From: an uncultured archaeon
GTDB taxonomy: Archaea > Asgardarchaeota > Thorarchaeia > Thorarchaeales > Thorarchaeaceae
Length of the DNA stretch: 64,000 nucleotides
Direction of reading: 5' to 3'
NCBI GenBank assembly: GCA_964558645.1
Contig: CAZLEV010000002.1
Span: forward strand, 96,001-160,000
In this document: positions 58,812 to 64,000 of the stretch, piece after piece
Layout: every line of letters starts with the position of its first letter
Position numbering within the stretch: position 1 is the stretch's first letter
Program-made: the position numbers and the translations under genes
Notes under the pieces: generated by a model
Databases searched by the model: none
What the model was told of the DNA's origin: nothing
What the model saw: the letters and a program-made list of their open reading frames with translations, nothing else

Positions 58812-59350
58812 TTGTTACGTCCCAAGATGTAGTCCCCACGGAGAATCATATCCAGGAACTCTCCTAGGCTCTGGCGCAGTATCTCAGGGTCACCATAGAG
58901 CTTCCTGAGTTCTTCTCGACGTTCGTCTACAGAGCCATTCGGAATCTCATTCATTACCTTGTAGGCCGCATTGGGGCGCTCAACCCAGCGCAGCAGCTCC
59001 TCATTCTCACTGTTCAAAAATAGCACGACGGGTGTCTTTCTCTTCCCGTTCACTGTGAAATTCTGATGAAAGCGTGCATTCTTATCGCTGTCAATGATGC
59101 GAAGATTCAGGGTAGGTGCGATCGAAACGATTCTGGCGAGCACCGGTAGATTCCCTGCCGTGTCGTTACAGCGGTCTGTCCCGATGACCAGAATATTCAT
59201 CTCGTTCTCTATGCTCCGAAGGAGGTCTATCTCTTCCTCGTTGATCATCAAATCGTTGAATCTGGCCTTCATGAGCTCGACGTTTTCGCGGGCAGACCCT
59301 ATGAATTCGTCGTACTCGATAGCCTCATCCCACTCTGAGATACCTGACAT
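58808..59350 (-). CDS. Thioredoxin-fold protein (Thioredoxin_9-like), single Cys
   Basis: ILVIGTDRCNDT...PVL..I and NGKRKTPVVLFL...RWVERP. Confidence 0.8.
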   Translation of the reverse strand: MSGISEWDEAIEYDEFIGSARENVELMKARFNDLMINEEEIDLLRSIENEMNILVIGTDRCNDTAGNLPVLARIVSIAPTLNLRIIDSDKNARFHQNFTVNGKRKTPVVLFLNSENEELLRWVERPNAAYKVMNEIPNGSVDERREELRKLYGDPEILRQSLGEFLDMILRGDYILGRNK

Positions 59351-59499
59351 TTTTGATCACTTCAATCAGCTAAGAACTCTACTGTATCAGACAGCAGGAA
59401 CCTCTTTCACTTCTATGAATAAAAGGATTCTCCGGTGATAGGTAGAGTCAAGAGAATATATCATCATTTGATACTAAGACTCTTACGATTGAAGAAGGA

Positions 59500-59868
59500 T
59501 TGTCTATGACAACCACTGCAGCCAAGAACATCATGAGAATCTTGCGTGAGAATGCCGATGCGAAGCAGGCTGCACAGAGTGCTAGTTATCTGAAGACATC
59601 GGACCTGGAGTTCCTCGATGCGAAACTCCCTGGAATCCACTCTGCAATGAGGGAAAGCACCAGGGGGCTCGAATTCAGAGAGCTTGAACAGACTGTGTCA
59701 GACCTCTAGCATGAGGAGATCTATGAGTTCTTTATGGCAAAAGCAGTGGGCTGGGTGTTAGGAGAACTGAGCAAGCGAGAGCCAGGGATTGCCTGGAAGT
59801 TCATAGAGAAAAACCGGGATGTGATGTCTGCATTGGCAATCCGTGAGGGGAGCAAGAAACTGAGATGA
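59500..59868 (+). pseudogene. AlkD-like DNA alkylation repair enzyme remnant
   Basis: AlkD-like N-terminus (A..A.....YLK....F), in-frame TAG at 59707-59709, then directly the C-terminal motif EFFMAKAVGWVLGELSK...AIREGSKKL. The central part of the protein is missing. Confidence 0.8.
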
Positions 59869-59951
59869 TCCGCCTGGTGGAGGGAGTACTTTCGGCCACC
59901 TGTTGTGCTTATTTTTCCTCTGTGTAGCATACACACGGAGCAGATCCCAGA

Positions 59952-61076
59952 TTGAAACGTTCAGGCGTTGCGGACCTCAAACTTCACCCGGGCAAAGCAC
60001 CACACTGGCTCATCAAGCGAATGATGCCCATGGCCAGTGCAGTCTGCGAGTTCATTGTGGAAGAATATGGGACACTAGAGCTGCTCAAGAGGTTATCCGA
60101 CCCCATCTACTTCCAGGCCCTGTCAAATGCGTTAGGTTATGACTGGGACAGCTCGGGTTCAACAACCGTGACCTGTGGAGTCCTCAAGTCAGTCCTGAGC
60201 TTTGAGAAACACGACATGATTGCTGTCGGGGGCAAGGGAAGGGCCTCCCTCAAGACACCACAGCAATTGCTTGCACTTCATGACTTTGGGATGGATGGTG
60301 CAGGTCTGGCAGACTGCAGTAAGATCATCGCCAAAGTAGACAATGCAGCCATCCAGGATGGATACCAGCTCTATCAGCACGTCTTCTTCGTGGATACAGA
60401 GGAGAATTGGACCGTCGTACAGCAGGGTATGAATGATGGTACCGATGACGCGCGGAGGTATCACTGGTCATCAGAGAATGTGAAGAGCTTCATAGAAGAG
60501 CCGCACACAGGAATGATTTCAGGAGAGATTGGGAACACCACACTTGACATGACCGCCAAGGTGTCCGATGAGTGCAGAAAGACCAGTGTCGATGTGGCAC
60601 AGGAAGACCCACTGAGAGTACGCAGGCACTTCGACAATCTGAAGCCCTATGGAGAAACAACTCTGTTGCCATGGCTAGAGGAGGGAGGCAATGTTGTCGA
60701 GCTCCCTGCGTACAAGGTGATTCCTCGAAGAATGGACTGGAGAGCAGTCAGGAAGGCCTACGAGAGGCAGCCTCGTGACTATGAACAACTCGTCAGAATA
60801 AATGGGATTGGACCGGCCACTGTCAGAGGACTGGCGCTTATCTCTGAGATGATCTACGGCTCACCCCCCTCATGGTCCGATCCCGTTCGAATGACGTTTG
60901 CCTTTGGTGGTAAAGACGGCGTTCCCTTTCCTGTACCGAAGAAAGCGTATGACCAGGCAATCCAGTTCATGGAGGAGGCCCTTCAAGAGAGTAGGCTCGG
61001 GCGACCAGACAAGATTCGTGCATTGAAACGACTCAAGAAGTATGCGCCACCATTCATCAAACAGAATGCCACGTAA
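59952..61076 (+). CDS. DUF763 family protein
   Basis: G.ADL.LH.GKAP.WL..RM, DWDSSGSTT, AKVDNAAIQDGYQLY, ARRYHW, FAFGGKDGVPFPV. Confidence 0.93.
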   Translation: MKRSGVADLKLHPGKAPHWLIKRMMPMASAVCEFIVEEYGTLELLKRLSDPIYFQALSNALGYDWDSSGSTTVTCGVLKSVLSFEKHDMIAVGGKGRASLKTPQQLLALHDFGMDGAGLADCSKIIAKVDNAAIQDGYQLYQHVFFVDTEENWTVVQQGMNDGTDDARRYHWSSENVKSFIEEPHTGMISGEIGNTTLDMTAKVSDECRKTSVDVAQEDPLRVRRHFDNLKPYGETTLLPWLEEGGNVVELPAYKVIPRRMDWRAVRKAYERQPRDYEQLVRINGIGPATVRGLALISEMIYGSPPSWSDPVRMTFAFGGKDGVPFPVPKKAYDQAIQFMEEALQESRLGRPDKIRALKRLKKYAPPFIKQNAT

Positions 61077-61083
61077 GACTCCT

Positions 61084-62223
61084 CTAGTCCTTCCTTCTCA
61101 TTGAGAACCTGTCACGGAAGCTCCGCGTTGCTTTCTCGTGCTTGCGCCGCTCGCGTTCTGCCTTCTTCTGCTTGGAACAATTGATACGGGCAGTACGATG
61201 CAGCTCGTGCATTCGATCGGCCGCCTTCTTCTCCCCTTTCTTACGAAGCAGCTTTCGTGCTTGTTCCCATGCATCAGCTGCTGCACAGAAGTCATTGAGG
61301 CGAGCATAGGTGGTGGCTGCTGCGTTCCAGATACTGGGGTCATCCTTGACCAGACGGGTCAGCCTTCTGAAGGCCTTCCGAGCCTGTTCCCACTCCTCGA
61401 GCTCAACACTGATGAAGCCTAAGTTCTTCAGGGCAGGAGCATAGTCATGCTTCTTGACAAGGGCCCGTTTGAAGTGTTTAGTGGCCTCTCGTTCCATCCC
61501 CTTCCTGAACGCAGCCATGCCCATGGTATTCTCTATTGTGGGGTCTTCCGGGTCCAGGTGTGCTGCCTCCTTCAGAGCCTTCATGGCGGGTCCGAACTTG
61601 TCGGCCCGCAGATAGATATCCCCAAGAGCCCGCCATGGCTCAAGCCCATCAGGAGCCAACTCTGTGGCGCGCTTTGCGGAATCGATTGCTTCACTCCATC
61701 TCTCATCCAATGAGAATGCAATACCTCGGTGAACGAGAGCAGGAACTGCATCGGGATTTAGTTCCAATGCTCGATTATAGCTCTCAACACTCTGTCGAGT
61801 GTGTCCAAGCTCCAGTTCGATATCTCCACGCCGTATCCAGATACCCCACTCATCAGGAGCCTTCTCGAGAAGGCGGCGGATTGTCTCAAGCTCCTCTTTT
61901 GACTTGCCAGCGATACGCAGTGCAAATGCTTTGTCCTTCAGGGCTTGAACGTTCCCAGGAGAGAGCTCCAGTGCAGTATCAAAGGAGTCGAGTGCCTTGT
62001 CCGCATTCTCTGGTCCGATGGAGAGCAATACACGACCACGGTTGGTGTAAGCCTCAGCAAGCTCAGGATTTAATCGAATAGCCCGGTCGAGGGCTCGAAT
62101 GGCAGCGCCAAAGTCCTTCATCTGTGCAAGAAGGACACCTTTGCTGTTCCAAGCAGAAGCATCATTGGGACTCTCCTTCAAGTGCTTCTCTATTTCATTG
62201 AGGGCTTCCTGAACTGAGGGCAT
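61084..62223 (-). CDS. TPR-repeat protein
   Basis: Repeated AW..KG..L....A...DRA..LNP units. Confidence 0.9.
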   Translation of the reverse strand: MPSVQEALNEIEKHLKESPNDASAWNSKGVLLAQMKDFGAAIRALDRAIRLNPELAEAYTNRGRVLLSIGPENADKALDSFDTALELSPGNVQALKDKAFALRIAGKSKEELETIRRLLEKAPDEWGIWIRRGDIELELGHTRQSVESYNRALELNPDAVPALVHRGIAFSLDERWSEAIDSAKRATELAPDGLEPWRALGDIYLRADKFGPAMKALKEAAHLDPEDPTIENTMGMAAFRKGMEREATKHFKRALVKKHDYAPALKNLGFISVELEEWEQARKAFRRLTRLVKDDPSIWNAAATTYARLNDFCAAADAWEQARKLLRKKGEKKAADRMHELHRTARINCSKQKKAERERRKHEKATRSFRDRFSMRRKD

Positions 62224-62318
62224 CGTGTCTCAGGGGATACCCCACAAGAGATACAGAAAAGGATTGACATGAGCACATCTGACAATAGAGTGATAAGTGG
62301 AGTCGAGGTCGCTCAGAA

Positions 62319-63071
62319 GTGAGAGTCATGCGTCTGGCTAACCATAGAGCAGTCATATTCGATCTTGGAGGTACGTTGTATGAGCCAGCAGGAGAGTTCT
62401 GTGGAGTCATCAGAAGGTTTCTGGAAGAGATAGGTGTCGGCCTCGATGACGAGGTGAGCGACGAGGAACTATCTCAGACCCTTGCAAGTAGCGCAGAGAG
62501 GTGGCTCGAAGAGTACATGGTGTCCGAGGGCGTAGGGCAGTACTGGGAACCATCGCGAGATATCTGGTTGGAGTATGACAAGAAGTTTCTATCAGCACTG
62601 GGAATAGAGGGCGACCTCGATGACCTGGCACACCAGTACCAGAACAGATGGGACAGGTTGATACAGGGGCTCACTGCCACGCTTCTTCCCAAGGTGAAGG
62701 AGTCCCTTGAGACCCTACGACAGGGCGGTTTGCGCCTTGCCATAGCCTCCAACAGATTCGGTGATCCATCGGGCTACCTCGAGCGAGATGGAATCACAGA
62801 CCTCTTCGAGACCGTCGAATACACAAACGTCCCAGGATATCGCAAGCCGTCGCCGTTCATGCTGTTGAAGGTGGCATCCACGCTTGGTCTCAATCCCAGA
62901 CTCTGCATGTATGTCGGAAACATGGTTCAGTACGATGTGGCAGCTGCTGAGAGAGCAGAGATGACATCGGTTCTGCTAACGTGGGTTGACACCGAAGAAG
63001 TTGATAAGGCACCGTCCACTACGCATGTTTTCGACAGCATTGGTGCCTTTGTTGATGCCATTGCGGAATAG
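62319..63071 (+). CDS. HAD-superfamily hydrolase
   Basis: IFDLGGTL, IASN, RKPSP, MYVGN...DV. Confidence 0.9.
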   Translation: MRVMRLANHRAVIFDLGGTLYEPAGEFCGVIRRFLEEIGVGLDDEVSDEELSQTLASSAERWLEEYMVSEGVGQYWEPSRDIWLEYDKKFLSALGIEGDLDDLAHQYQNRWDRLIQGLTATLLPKVKESLETLRQGGLRLAIASNRFGDPSGYLERDGITDLFETVEYTNVPGYRKPSPFMLLKVASTLGLNPRLCMYVGNMVQYDVAAAERAEMTSVLLTWVDTEEVDKAPSTTHVFDSIGAFVDAIAE

Positions 63072-63083
63072 GAGAGCAGCGAG

Positions 63084-63428
63084 ATGAAGCCACCAGACGA
63101 AGAGATCATAGAAGTGAAATGTGCCAAAGACAGGGCCGAGGTGACCGTCTCCGTTGGCCAGCTGTTCTGCCACTGGTGGACACGACATGGCTCGGTCGGA
63201 GTGGACAAGGACTTCACCATCATCGACGAGGATATTGTTGCTCTTCAAGGCAGTGAGTGCGAGTACTTGTATCCTGAGAGGATGAAGCCAGGCTGGACTG
63301 GGGGCGACAAGGAGCGCTGCAGATGGATCTTCAAGGCCCTCAGAACTGGAACAACTGAGATCATCTTTCGGGATATATTCAGATTTGAGGTAGAGGACCA
63401 GTGCACTCTGAAGGTCCAAGTCGAGTAA
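63084..63428 (+). CDS. Chagasin/I42 protease-inhibitor-like protein
   Basis: Ig-like size; PG..GG......WIFKAL.TG.TEI.F. Confidence 0.6.
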   Translation: MKPPDEEIIEVKCAKDRAEVTVSVGQLFCHWWTRHGSVGVDKDFTIIDEDIVALQGSECEYLYPERMKPGWTGGDKERCRWIFKALRTGTTEIIFRDIFRFEVEDQCTLKVQVE

Positions 63429-63447
63429 TCGCATCCAGACCGATGCT

Positions 63448-64000
63448 CTAGGAGATATGCTGTGCCACAGTGTGAATCCCTGCACGTAGACCCTCGACAA
63501 GGTCACCCTTGGTTCCCCAGACGAAGGTATAGCGCGGGGTGTAGATGAGCCGTTGATCCGAATGGATGACTTCTCGGAGTCTCGCAAGACCCTCGTTGTA
63601 TTGCTCCTGCGTGATTTTGTGTAGCATCGAGTAGCCCCGCTTCTGTACGGTCTCGAGGTATGCCTCTCCAAGGTCGACTGTTGGGAACTCGTACGTATCC
63701 GACCGAACCTTCACGAAGTGATTGTCCAGCATTGCGGCCTCGATGTTTCTGATTCTTGGATATCTGCTCTTGTCAATCTTCACAGTCGCAGGAAAGAAAC
63801 GTGAAGTAACTCGACTGTCGATCTGCGCATGAGACTGCGTGACGACACAGAGCTGGCCGTGGTTGCGCAACACCCTGTTTGCTGCTGCGATTGCGGTACG
63901 GAAGTCAGGCAGGTGATGGATCACCTCAGTCATGTAAGTGAGATCAAACGAGCAGGTCCTGAAGGGCATCAAGTCAGCCGAAGACTGGATGAGGTTGAGC
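63448..64000 (-). CDS. Class I SAM-dependent methyltransferase (5' end beyond the window)
   Basis: PF...SFDL.Y...VIHHLPD...RVLR..G; frame open to the window edge. Confidence 0.85.
   Translation of the reverse strand, partial: LNLIQSSADLMPFRTCSFDLTYMTEVIHHLPDFRTAIAAANRVLRNHGQLCVVTQSHAQIDSRVTSRFFPATVKIDKSRYPRIRNIEAAMLDNHFVKVRSDTYEFPTVDLGEAYLETVQKRGYSMLHKITQEQYNEGLARLREVIHSDQRLIYTPRYTFVWGTKGDLVEGLRAGIHTVAQHIS

Noticed and set aside
59707-59709. Pyrrolysine read-through of the in-frame TAG
   Set aside because: The gene also lacks its central region and the position matches an expected Trp; a pseudogene is the simpler explanation.
62976-63671. 231-aa minus-strand ORF
   Set aside because: Overlaps three better-supported genes and has no recognisable motif.

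Overview
Archaeal chromosomal window. Evidence: PriL primase, ABCE1/Rli1, archaeal-type triosephosphate isomerase, bifunctional FBP aldolase/phosphatase, and tRNAs with bulge-helix-bulge (BHB) introns. The protein style suggests an Asgard archaeon (Thorarchaeia-like), but that is my impression and not a database result. The window has two parts. (1) ~1-24.5 kb is an accessory island that abuts the 3' end of a two-intron tRNA-Arg(GCG) and probably continues left of the window. Its tRNA-proximal 'backbone' is a membrane-anchored HerA/VirB4-like ATPase, a 1.1-kaa acidic/HTH/LAGLIDADG-like protein and a small winged-helix-like protein (a second copy of this last gene is at ~2.5-3.2 kb). The rest is dense defence-type cargo: a short, catalytically inactive prokaryotic Argonaute coupled to an Mrr-like nuclease-APAZ partner, an AbiTii-domain protein, two stand-alone PD-(D/E)XK nucleases, an HhH-GPD glycosylase, two HEPN-motif proteins and a Ski2/Hel308-like helicase-nuclease fusion. 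(2) ~24.6-64 kb is mostly core genome: a second intron-containing tRNA-Arg(CCG), a tpiA/fbp/fba sugar-phosphate cluster with a highly structured leader upstream of fbp, udp, ABCE1 with an unusual Cys-to-Glu change in an Fe-S motif, a MacB/LolCDE-type ABC operon, two apparently inactive M28-fold surface proteins with Ca-binding repeats, ogg1, priL and others. No CRISPR array, rRNA, integrase or transposase was recognised.
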